A stretch of DNA of 64,000 bases, from contig CAJINV010000003.1 in NCBI GenBank assembly GCA_905178155.1, positions 6,753,612-6,817,611 of the forward strand, in the 5' to 3' direction. This document shows, piece by piece, positions 51,706-62,720 of this stretch. The translations under genes were made by a program, and so were the position numbers. Numbering within the stretch: position 1 is the first letter of the stretch; each line of letters opens with the position of its first letter. The DNA comes from Amoebophrya sp. A120 (taxonomy: Eukaryota > Protista > Dinoflagellata). The notes under the pieces were generated by a model. The model had not been told where the DNA came from, made no database searches, and worked only from the letters and a program-made list of their open reading frames with translations.

Positions 51706-53141
51706 CTACTTCGAGGTGGTGGCGAGGCGCTCGACGACGAAGCAGGAAACTATGGACGAGCTCTCAAACGTTATATTCGTCGTCGCCTGTTCTTGCATCA
51801 ATTTGTGCTGCAAGAATAGCAAAAGTGAAAGCGGTCGGGACGGGTGAGCTTGCACCTCGTCTCGCATAGTACAACAAAAGCGGCACAGATTTCCACGCTG
51901 CTCAGCGCTTCGAGAATTTGCCATGCGAAGTTGTAGCGTGATCGTGTTGCTATTCCTATTGCATTGTTTGGTGGTCTTCTTGAATGACAAATCATGTGAC
52001 AGTTGCGAGAGTAACTGTAACGTCTGAGTAGAATCTGATAGAAAGCCCGCGAAGCCGCGCGAAGACAAAGACGTGGAGGACTGGTAAACCTGCGCCGACG
52101 TCGCAGCGGCAGCTCGTACCGAATAACTAGAAGCGGTTTTATTGTGGCTGCCGAGCAGTCCACCCGCTCCTGTGTTGATGTTCTGTTTTCTCCTCGAAGA
52201 GGACGAGGATGAAGAAGACGAGGAGCTACCGCTGGCCACGGACGCCGTCGCTGCCGTTCCGGGAATGGAAGAAAACAGTCCGGCGGTCGACGTGGTCGCA
52301 GAAGAAAACAAGCCTCTGGCGCCGGAGTTCAGCCCGGACGAGGAAGATGAAGACGGTGGTGGAGGAGGCGCGGCGACAGGCTCGACGTCCACCTGCTCTT
52401 CCTCGTCCAGTTCCAGCAGGTCGGCGAGCTTGACGCTCATCAAAATGTCGCTGCTCGCCACGTATCCTGTGCAAAAGTATCGTACTCGTAGTAATCGCTG
52501 TCATGCATGACAAATCTGGTTCCCAAGGCAAATCAGCATGACAAATTCCATTTTTCATGATCATGCTGAGCGAATTTGTATTGCAATTACTACTAGTATG
52601 ATACTTTTGCAATTCATAGCACGGTGTTGGAAATGTTCACGACAGCCACCCGCGCGGTGGCGTCCGACTGGTTCGGCTTCTTCAGAAGCACCTCCCCGAG
52701 GTTCTTGATGCCGAACGCGCTGGCATCCTCGGGTGCGATCTTGACCAACAGTTTCGGGATGGTGGTGTCCATCCTGACACAATACCGCGACTTCATCGAC
52801 ATTTTTTTACCACTAGAAGAGGACGAGGTGGACGACCAAGAGGAAAATGGGTGTGACGCTGCTGGTGGGGTCGTCTGCTCTACTTGAAGGGTCGTGTTGT
52901 ACTTACTGCGGTACTTGCTATAATTCTGACGCAGCGGGTCTGTAGTGTTTGCAAAAGTAGAACTCCTGCTCGTGGAGGTGCTTGATGTCGTGCTGGCCGC
53001 GTACGCCGACAACGCAATAGAGGAGGACGTCGAGGACGTCGTTGCACTGGGACCGAAGTTAAGTTGCTGCACGTCGTTCGACTTACTGTCCGCCCAAGTA
53101 GAAGAACTCGTGGTCGCCGGCGCCGGAGCGCAAGGTGCCAT
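51706..53141 (-). CDS. Ser/Thr-rich hypothetical protein
   Basis: ORFs 52614..53141 and 51706..52461 fuse in frame (ISNTV|ASSDILMSVKL) after removing element 52463-52618. Confidence 0.6.
52463..52618. mobile_element. Introner-like TIR element, family C
   Basis: TATCCTGTGCAAAAGTATCGTACTCGTAGTAATCGC...GCAATTACTACTAGTATGATACTTTTGCAATTCATA. Flanks ccacg/gcacg. Confidence 0.93.
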
Positions 53142-54138
53142 CTATCAAACTGGGATTCTTGTAAGAAACAACCAAATCAACGCCAATAAACAAAAGCCAA
53201 CGAGGAGGAATCAACACAACAACATAACTGAATTTCCTTCGAGAAAAATAGGAATATGCAGAAATAGACAGCCAGAGAAGGACAACCTAATTCTATTTTA
53301 CGCTTGACTTTTGCGAACTACAAGAAGTAGCTGCATCTTCTACACGTCGAGTTGGTTTTGTTTTTGTACTACTTCTTGATTTCCTCCGTCCGTGCGAACC
53401 TACCAGACTTAAGAAAAATAATCCTGCTACCACGTGCAGGAATCTAGCATTTGCAGAGCGAACGCGAGCCCATCGCGAGGCTTCTGGGGCACAAGGAGTA
53501 ACAAAAGCGGAGCAGCCAGAAAAAAACGCCATATTGGCTGTCCATATAGTAGCATTCCATTGCATCTCAGTTTGAAGATACCCTACGCTCATTTCCATTT
53601 TTCCTTCGCGAGTATTCAGTTTACAGCCCTTGCGATTCTGGCGACATGTTTTCCTCTTTGTCCAACTTCGGTCTCAAAAAAAAGTAGCCTCGTGCAGCAA
53701 CATGCAGGCAGACGAAGGAGCAAACAGAAGGAATGCGGGCGAACACCACGATCGTGAGCGATAATTGATCGAGCGTGGTGCCAACAAACGTAGTGGTAGT
53801 AGTCATTTAGATTTACGTATACCTATGCGGTCTACAGTTGCAGATACCATTAAGTCTATATCCAGCTATTTTGGATTCATCTTCTCCGCGCACTGGCGCT
53901 CATTGAGGTCGGTCGCGGTCGTTTTGATACTTCCTTGTGCTTTTTGGGAGAGTTGAAGTTATTTTCGAGCAGTTACAATCAGTGCACTCATGCTCACGTC
54001 CATCTCAATGCGTATTCATACATTGCGATTTACGATCTCTTTTTTGTCAAATGAAACGACCAGACCTCCAGGCTACAGGTCCTGCTAAGTCAGCGAAGAA
54101 CAGAGACAGACATGAGGTGCACCACGTTAGTGTTAGTA

Positions 54139-55358
54139 TCACTTGCCTTCTTCCTGCGCCCCCATGAGCTGCAAAACGAGAAAGAGGATGAGGAACGCCC
54201 ACCAGTATTTCCGGAGAAAGCCCATCATGCCCTGTGGTTCTTGCTCTTGCCCCTCGCGTGGTACTGGCTTTGGGGGGATCACTGGGGACGGACTCTGCTG
54301 GCCCTTGTTTAGTCGCACCTGTGCCGTCGAAAGCGATTTTTGTTGATCAAGTTTCAGTCGCAGCGATGGTGCGTGCTGGTGCTTTCTCGAAACTAAAAGA
54401 ATTAAAAGTCTGGTCATGTCGTAGTTATGACCAAGTGCAAACGTAAAGAGAGCCAAAGCCTGGCTATGTCTGATGTGCTCCTCGATTGCCGTCAATGAGA
54501 AAATGATGAAATTTTATATTAGCTTATACCGCTGTATGCTCGAACAAATTCAGGCCCCAGGCAGCTTGTGCTCGATAATTGATTCCCAACACTTGCCTTA
54601 TGCCAGAGACGAGAAGTGACACTCTGACTTCGATCCTTCTGATGTACGATCGCTTCAGTAGTAATTGCACGGACGCCCGGAGACAACTCGCTCGCATTAT
54701 ACCATGTGGAAATTCAAATTGGAAAATCTGAGAACATACAACAAGAATATCAGTCCGTAATCGTAGACGGATTTGAGTGACATGCAAGTAGTAAGTACCA
54801 AAGTGATTCGCTCATCGTTAGCGATCGAAGTGGAGCATTCAGTTTCGCTGGGGTATCGCCGCCGGTGGTGAGAGCCACCTCCAGACTGTCATGGGCGTCC
54901 TCGATTTTCAGGATGGCGCACGGAATGGAGGTGAGCAGAAAAGAGTCCTCCTTCTTCCACAGCTTGACGGAGTAGAACCCGCTCGGCGACTTGCCACACT
55001 CCTCCAGCAAAGTTTTCAGCGTGTCGCTGTCTCGCATCTCCTCAAACTTCTGCGCGTCGTCGATGCGCGCTGCGTTTTTCTTCAGCAACAGCGTTCCCCG
55101 GGGGTAACACTCCGGTGCGGTCGAGAAGCAGTGCTGCAGGGGTAACTTCGCTGCAACGCTCCAGTCTTCTGGCGCATCCTTGTCAGTGGCTTTTGGCGTG
55201 AAAATTACGTCTTCGAATTCGGCGTCACCTGTTTGCGTGCTGTCCGCTTGTTCGAGTTCGGCCCCGGCACCAAAGTTGCTTGCCGCGCTCGCAACTGCCC
55301 TTGGTGTTGAAAGGAGAATGGATCCGAGCAGCAGGCCGCTGCACCACAACGCGGTCAT
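54139..55358 (-). CDS. EMC10: ER membrane protein complex subunit 10-like protein
   Basis: Signal peptide MTALWCSGLLLGSILL; LQHCF...PRGTL; FYSVKL; LTSIPCAIL...DSLEV; short exon QVLGINY (~54530-54596); C-terminal GFLRKYWWAFLILFLVLQLMG transmembrane motif typical of EMC10. Confidence 0.75.
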
Positions 55359-56299
55359 TGGGCCTCTGGCGCGTTGGCGGAATCGGCGGGAAGCACCATC
55401 GCCATCGGATGTCAAGGATTGTCGCATTCTTTTTGTAAATTCAGCACAGTCCTTACAGTGTTTCTCTGCGGTCGCCGAAAATGTCTGCAAAATTAAGGTA
55501 AGTAGATCATAGGAGGTGTTGTTTTGATTTGTTCTTGTTTTTTCATGGTCGAGGAAATTTCGAAGAAATACGCAACTACTAACTGAGCCTTAATTTAAAT
55601 TAAGTAAAACATGTCGCTAATCAGGCCCTTCGTGTTCATACTAGGAAAAATAACAGATACTCCATGATACTGATAGTACTGTCTCCGATTTTCAACATAG
55701 TTTTCATTTTCTTAATTTCACTAAAAGGATTAGATCGAGGCGCATTGATGGCAAAATAGGGTGCGCGGAACAATATTTTTCTACTAGATTTATGATTATC
55801 TATGTTTGCGCACCTTGTAGATTCATGAAAAAGGCGCTTTGCCGAAAAGCTGAAATTAGAGCGTGCCGATCAGGAACTATACAACTATCGCTTTAGAACT
55901 ATGTCTGGTAAAGTTGGCACTGAAAAGATCCTTGCATAATGGACAGCATGATTGCTCTGCAGGTATGGTGATCGCATAGCAGTGACAGGGTGCGTGCTTC
56001 AAGAACACTCTGACTAATCGGCACAGGTGTAGTTTTCTATTTGAATTTAATCGCAGCTGCAACACGAGCAATTTGTGCGCTTCGCTTCCTCGTTTTTATT
56101 GTCGTATTTTCTTGATTCTTGCGTAAGTGGGCGAACATGAGCAAGCGCATCAATCATTATTGCGCTTTTACACCTATAGTCTGGTCTATTGTCAAAGGTA
56201 TCCCTCATAAATGCGTGAAGAACAATAGGTGGACATTTTTTCTAGCTGTGCGGGGGCTGCGTCTCCGAAGTAAATTATTTGAAAGAAGTTTCTCTAACT

Positions 56300-59200
56300 C
56301 TATCCAACCATAAGCACTGTGCGCTCAAGTTTTGCGTCTGTTAACAGGTGGAGAATTTCTAGTCGTGCACAAGCTGTTTTCTCTTGCAGTTGAGCCGATA
56401 CCTGTTGACACCAACTTTTTAGGTGGCGGCGGACGTCAAACTTCGAGACATCCGTAGCAAACATCCGTCCTAGCACAGGCGTCTGCGATGATGAAGCACC
56501 TCCTGCAGGCAGGTTCTTCTTCACTCGGATGAGCAGTTCTGCTTGCGCTTTCGTTGACTTTCGCCGGCCGGCATCCACGAGAACCAATTTCAGCTGGTCC
56601 ACGCTGAGCGCTTCCTGCAGCTCCTTTTCGTTCTCCCCGTCACAGTGCAGAAACGAACTCCAACGGATCCGTTGCTGGTCGTCAGCATAATTTTTACTTC
56701 TCGCTTTGTTCTTTGTGGAGGTCGGGGAAATCGCAGCTTGTTCGCTAGAATTGATGTCCTCGGTCACGGTCGCACCTTCCTGGACGTGCTGCCGCAATTC
56801 TTCGAACTGGTCCAAGTCCCCCACAAACAAGATGGAATTGTTCTCGTCCATTGAAGATGTTGATCTTGATGTTAAAGTAGCGAGATGCTGTTCATCGTGC
56901 TCCTGGCATTCTAATTCGTTACTAGCGCCGAGATTGTTGACATAATGATCCGGTTCCGGGTAGTAGTTGCGAACATCTTCATGATTCTTGCGTCGAACAA
57001 GAGCGGACTGCAAGGGATGTCCGCGGTTGCTGCCCGCTCGCCGCTGGAGCTCCAGGAGTCGGTACCTCCAGCTGCGGTGTTCTTTCCGCGTCGTCCGCAC
57101 ATCGGGGGAAAACATGCCCGCGTCGAAAGCAGCGCGGGAAAAAATCGATAACCCAACCTGCGTTTCGCAATCCATCCCGCGCCAGGCCGCGACGCACAGG
57201 GTGTGGGTGTAGCTATCGCTGCCGGGGCTCAGCTATGAAATCCAAAAGTATCGCACTAGTATAAACCAGCCATGCTCCGGCTACCGCCGGAGCGCAAGGC
57301 TGTTTGGCCGGGTTTGAACTGCTTGCGGACCGGACCACAGCGACATACATACTCATGCCCCCACAGCACCGTCTGCGCGCTTCTCGCGCCTAAGGGCGCT
57401 CTGCGCAGGGAGGAGCTACCGCGAGCACTGGGGCAGAACAGGACGCACCTAGGTGCCACACCAATCCGCTACGCATGCCTTTCGTTAATCAAGACGAACC
57501 ACGAACCCCGCCCCATTCCCCGGCTTCACTTTTTCAATGGCTTCAGTGTGGGAGGGCGGCGCGAGAGGGTAGCGCGAGAGGGTGGCGCGAGAGGGTGCGC
57601 GAGAGGGTAGCGCGAGAGGGTGGCGCGAGAGGGTGGCGCGAGAGGGTGACGCGAGAGGGTGGCGCGAGAGGGTGGCGCGAGAGGGTGGCGCGAGAGGGTG
57701 CGCGAGAGGGTGGCGGGGACAAACGCCGTCCGCGAAGAGCCTGCAATGCTAAATATGAGCACTACCATGCGGATTCGCGCCAGCCACTTTGTGTTTTTAC
57801 CCTCTCGCAGACCTCTCGCAGACCCTCTTTTTTACCTCTTTTGGGGGTCCCCGCTAATAGTCCGGCTATACTCGCGGGTAGAGGTCGACAGAGGTGGCCC
57901 AGAGGTGGCCGAGAGGGTGCGCGAGAGGTTGGCCCTTATTCGCGCCACCTCTCTCGACCTCTGTCGACCTCTCGCGCCCCCTCTTTTTGACCTCTCTGCA
58001 CCCTCTGAGGCACTTAGGCGCCGCCTTAAGGTGGGGCCTTCAGCGGGCTATACTCGCGCACCCTCTCGCCGACCCTCTCGAAAGGGGTCCCGCGCCACCT
58101 CTCCACCTCCGTCGACCTCTTTTTTACCTCTTTTGACCTCTTTTTGACCTCTCGGCCACCTCTTGTTTACCCTCTGTCTACCTCTTTTTTCGCATGAATA
58201 TAATATATAAGTAATTGCATATACAAATTTCCCTAGCATGACAAATAGAATTTGTCATGCTGTTTTAGCAATCATGCTGTTTTAGCAAAGGAAGGCGATT
58301 TGTCATGCATACTTGCGATTACTACGAGTACGATACTTTTGCACAGGATATCAACTCGACCGCGTCCCGAAACGATGTGTCCGCTTGCTGCAGCTCCGCC
58401 ACGAGGTCCAACACCTCCGGCAACAAGCGGCGGGGCTGGACACTGCATTTCAGCTTGATCTTCACCTGTTCATCTTGCGGGGGCCCCGACAAGGCATTTT
58501 TTGTTGCTGGAATCATGAGTTGAGTACACACCTCGGAGAGCAGCCAATTTCGGAAGGAAGTTGCGCTAGACATTCGCACTTCTTCGTCGGAGAGCAAGGG
58601 CAGCGTGTGATTGTGCGGGAAGACGCGATCGACGAGGGGGCCGATAATGGGGCAGTTTCGAATCTCGGCGCAGGTTTGCAAAACGTTTGTCGACGCAATC
58701 AAGATCTGGCGGTGGTCCGTGCCTTGCACTCCGCGGGAACTCTTCGTGTTCTGCGGGTCGGTGGAAACGGGGAGGTCGCAAACGTGGACGCCCAGCACCG
58801 ACGGAAAATGCTTTCCTCGATTTTCGAGCACGAACTCACACAGCTTCTGCGGCTGCGAGGCGGCAGTCGCCTCCGCAACAAGGGTCAGCAATACTCCGTC
58901 GCGCTCGCGGCTCGTCCGAGGAGGAGCTTCGCGGTTGCGTGAAGAGGAGTTGTGTGGTGGACCCCGCCCGGATGCGGCGGTTGTCAACAGCTCTTCCTTC
59001 CTTGCCGCGCCGTGCTTCTCTTCCTCTTGCTTTTTTACCAGATAACCTTCTTCGGTTTCTGTGTAAGGTGGAAATGCGGCAAAATTTTGATGCGCCTCTG
59101 CTGTTTCCTGGTTGCAGTTAACTACCACTTCTTCATTTTTTGCAGCCTCTGACTTTTCCGAGAGGTCTTCGGCGGAGGCGGAAACCAACAGCAACAAATT

Positions 59201-60946
59201 GTCGGGCGAAACTGATTCCAAACAGTATTGGAGCACTTTGATGTCGATACTTCTACCTTTCTCTTCACAAAAACCACCTCCCGATGCTTCTGGCGAGGTA
59301 GAATTGCAACCAATTTGCCCGCGACTTTTGCTCGCTTTCGTCTGCCACCTCAGGAACGCGAGACGCCCTTCTTCCACCACCCTCCGCGCAAGAATACCAA
59401 GACGCTTCAACTCCACAACATTCGGGAAGAGATGCCGCAGCTTCCAGTTGCGGCAAGTTTGCTGGTGCAGCGTTGGCACCTTGCTGAGGTAGATCAGCTG
59501 CTTGCACAGAGCAAACTCCCGCTCCGACGCTTGCAAAACCTGTTCCCACCACTCGCGACCCACGTAATTCTCGTAGGTGAGTCCTTTGTGGTGGCAGCAG
59601 GGAGCACAGGCAAAGAGGCTGAGGCGATCGTGCTGCAGCAACTTCGCGCAGTGTCGTACCGCAACATCGGACGCGTTGGAGCATAAGTGTTTCGCCAGGA
59701 GCACTACCTTTGCGGGCTGTGGCTGCTGCTCTTCACCATAAACTAGAGGTCCTTGTGCCTGCTCCAGAAGTGCTCCTGCCTCTTTTGGTACTCCTGCTCC
59801 TGCCCGTGGGGTGGTAGTCGCAAACGACGCAAGGTTAGACGACCCAAAAGTTCCAGCGATCGGATCCCATTCGGAAATGTCTGCGGTGACGTGGTGAATA
59901 ATGGTTCCTTCAACACTTCGCGCGCCGTCTGCGCGACGATTGCGTGCCGCCGGGCTGTCGGCGTGCGCCCGCACGTTTTGAGCGGTGGAAGACTCCTCGA
60001 GTGTGCCGGAGCTGTTTCCGCGCCGCGGTGCGAGGGACGTCGTCGTTGCAGATGGTTTATTGGCCAGCGATGAAGATGTCGACGCGGACGGCGACGGCTG
60101 CTCTCCAGAAGTCCTCAAACTTTGCTCTTGGTTCATCTGGTCGTATCGAATTTGGGACATCACTCTTGCGCTTATACCGGTTTTCGAGCCGCGCCGCTCG
60201 GGAGCAGGAGATGCTCCCCCGCAGCCGCCGGCATCTTCGGCCACCGGGTCGCAAAATACGACTTCTTGAGTATTTTGCGGGGGGGTGAGCACATCGGGCA
60301 CGTGAAAGAATCCGTTGCGCACCTCTCTTTTATCAACTACTGTTAGTGGCAATTCCGCTAGCTCCGCCACGACCTGGCCAAGCAAACCCTTACCTGCTCC
60401 AAGTTCCACCACCTCCAGCGCATCCTCAGGTCGCAGCAAGGTCCTCGCGGTGGGCCGCAACTGGTCCAACACACAGGCGGCAATGGACTCGATCTGGCCG
60501 CCGTGTTTTCCGCGCTTGTCGTGCTGCCAGGTTTTCTTTTGCGAGCTGTCCTGGAGCCGCTGCTCCATTTTCAGCATGACCTCGATGGACTGCGACTGCA
60601 ATGGTTGCACTTCGGTGAGCTTCACCGCTCTCATTTTTTCCACGAAGCCCTGCACAAAGGCTGCATACTTCTGTCGGCCCTCGTCGCTGTTCCAAGGCTG
60701 CTTCGATTTCATTTTTTTCGGCGGCTGGTTCTCGTTTTTCTTGTCAGCGTTATAATTTCTGTGAGCATGAGATTCCTGATCCTCTTCATCCGCATCCCCG
60801 TTCTCGGCAACGCGTCCAAAGCCTGTGCTGACATCTACATGCTCCTCCCGCATGATGGTCGCTATGACAACTTTCTTGTCGTCGACCCGCTCCGCTGGTT
60901 CCTCAACCAAATCCGACCCCGACGCGATCATATCCGACTTTGCCAT
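56300..60946 (-). CDS. TRM13: TRM13-like tRNA 2'-O-methyltransferase with C-terminal extension (~1174 aa)
   Basis: Motifs VVELGAGKGLL, ADI, AKHLCSNASD, APCCHH, EGRLAFL and YCLESVSPDNLLL. ORFs 58322..60946 and 56300..57175 fuse (VEL|SPGSDSYTH...MDCETQ) after removing 57234-58350. Confidence 0.8.
57234..58350. mobile_element. Introner-like element, family C, inverted relative to the other copies and carrying a ~950-bp nested insertion
   Basis: Right end (revcomp) TATCCTGTGCAAAAGTATCGTACTCGTAGTAATCGC is identical to the left end of 52463-52618. Left end TATGAAATCCAAAAGTATCGCACTAGTA. Flanks tcagc/tcaac. Confidence 0.9.
57561..57714 (+). repeat. Minisatellite, ~12 x 12-13 bp GCGAGAGGGT(G/A)GC
   Basis: Direct reading of the sequence. 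Dispersed inverted variants (ACCCTCTCGC, GACCTCT) occur at 57798-58185. Confidence 0.95.
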
Positions 60947-61652
60947 TAGCTTTTTTAAATTTCCTTATCTTGTTTTCATTGACAGAGATTTTTAGACTTC
61001 TTGATGCGTGTGAATTTCTCGCTTATGTAGTGCACACGGTTTTGGTGACCTGCCTGTGGTATAACACAACATCAACATGCTTGAAACAACACATGTGTAG
61101 TAAAAATCATAACATGCAAAACGGATCATCCAGATCGGAGAAAGATGATTTCGGTTTCGGCTACAACGGAACCCAGGTAGAGGACCTCCCGACTTTTACT
61201 ATGACGTACACGGAACTCGACCTTGGCTGCAACACGATCAAAATTCATACATCATCATCATCGTTATCAGAGATCATTTCGGCTGCGGTCAGGGTCACTA
61301 TCTTGCGTAAGTCTTTCGGAGCAAGATATCATTTTGAACGGACGAAAAGGAGATCTTGATCCCGTGCGGGCTTTTCATGCTGGTCCAGAAATTATATTAC
61401 AAATTCTGCGCCAGATCATACCAATTTTAATTTTATCATGTACTCCAGTCGTATTTTTCGGGAGCAAAATTTTTGAATTAGCATGTCGTGGTAGTGGTTT
61501 GCGATTTCAGAAACGTGTACATAGCAACATCCCGCTTTTGAGTCGGAGAAAAAAAACGGCCTTTGTAATTCTCGTTCTCCGTGGTATAAAGCAAACTTTT
61601 TGTATTCACTTCCATGATTAAGATTATAATTTTGAGTCTGTCACACGAACTG

Positions 61653-62237
61653 CTAGAACTTCTTTTCCAGAAGTGGCAGACGTGAAGCGTAGTTGCTTCC
61701 TAATTTCGCGAGCCACATGTGGCCTTCTGCCTGTATTGACGGCGAAGCAAACCATTCGACCTTCTCTGGTTTCTTTCGCTCTTTTCTCCAATGGGCGTAC
61801 TCGCTGCGGAGCTGTGCGTGCCTCTGCGTGCGCGAGAAGGAAGACAGTGTGGCGTCGCGCACGGCCTCGGCTTTACGGAGCCTCGCGACATGCTCCTCAA
61901 GCTCCGCCTGTACGCCGTCGTGATGAAGCCGCAACTCCTCCGTGGTACTGCACAGCATGTCGAAACGAATCTGCAATGGAATCAGGTCCTCTGCACTGAC
62001 CTTGGCTTCGCGCAGCAACAGCTTTTCCAGAAAAAAAAGTTTGTGTCGCACCATTGCACCCGGAGGCTCGGTTGGCTCTCCTGCCACGAAGCTCTGTGGC
62101 GGGTGAGCGCCGCCGACGGCCGAAGTAGTAGAACTTCGACCAGTTTTGTTACCAGAGGTCACATTTTTGCAGCTTACAACTTTGTAGTTGTCGCTGTAAC
62201 TTTTATTTGTTGAGCACAATTCTAATTCATCTTCCAC
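61653..62237 (-). CDS. Hypothetical coiled-coil protein or exon
   Basis: 194-aa ORF with helical composition (TTEELRLHHDGVQAELEEHVARLRKAEA). May be the 3' part of the gene at 62721-64000. Confidence 0.45.
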   Translation of the reverse strand: MEDELELCSTNKSYSDNYKVVSCKNVTSGNKTGRSSTTSAVGGAHPPQSFVAGEPTEPPGAMVRHKLFFLEKLLLREAKVSAEDLIPLQIRFDMLCSTTEELRLHHDGVQAELEEHVARLRKAEAVRDATLSSFSRTQRHAQLRSEYAHWRKERKKPEKVEWFASPSIQAEGHMWLAKLGSNYASRLPLLEKKF

Positions 62238-62720
62238 ACACTATTCCAATTCCAGGGATCATTTCTCTCATCTCAATACACCACTAACACTATCAGCCAT
62301 AGCGAAGGAATACGCCGAAACCCATGACTATACTCGTAAAAACGCAAGGTGGGAATCTCGATCTCAGGGAAGAAAAATGGATATCGGTTGTAGTTTATCA
62401 TTCTTTCGCGTCGACCACAAGCACCACTAACACTTTTTGCGAGGCCGCGAACACCTTTCCCCATGCTCGTACTTAACTGGTGCGGTTCGGCGGCACACAA
62501 AGACATCAAAACGATGGTGAATATATTATAAGGTCTTTCAATCCAAAATCTAGCCTGCCGAAAAAGACAGACTCTGGGGCATGATAGAGGAAGAGGTGGA
62601 GGTCCATTTCTCGGAGGCACTAGCATTACTTTTTGGTGCTGCTCTGACGACGAGATTCAAAAAATCACCTAGGTGTGGACACTCACGCTTCGGCCCCAAG
62701 CGTTCGATTTAGCAAGGAAG

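Noticed and set aside
55589-55604. Perfect 16-bp AT palindrome cttaatttaaattaag (also a small hairpin near 8558-8585)
   Set aside because: Short, isolated and without flanking duplication; compatible with chance.
57475-58147. ORFs over the GC-rich repeat (57475..57990, 57659..58147 and others)
   Set aside because: They are artefacts of a stop-free minisatellite inside an intron.
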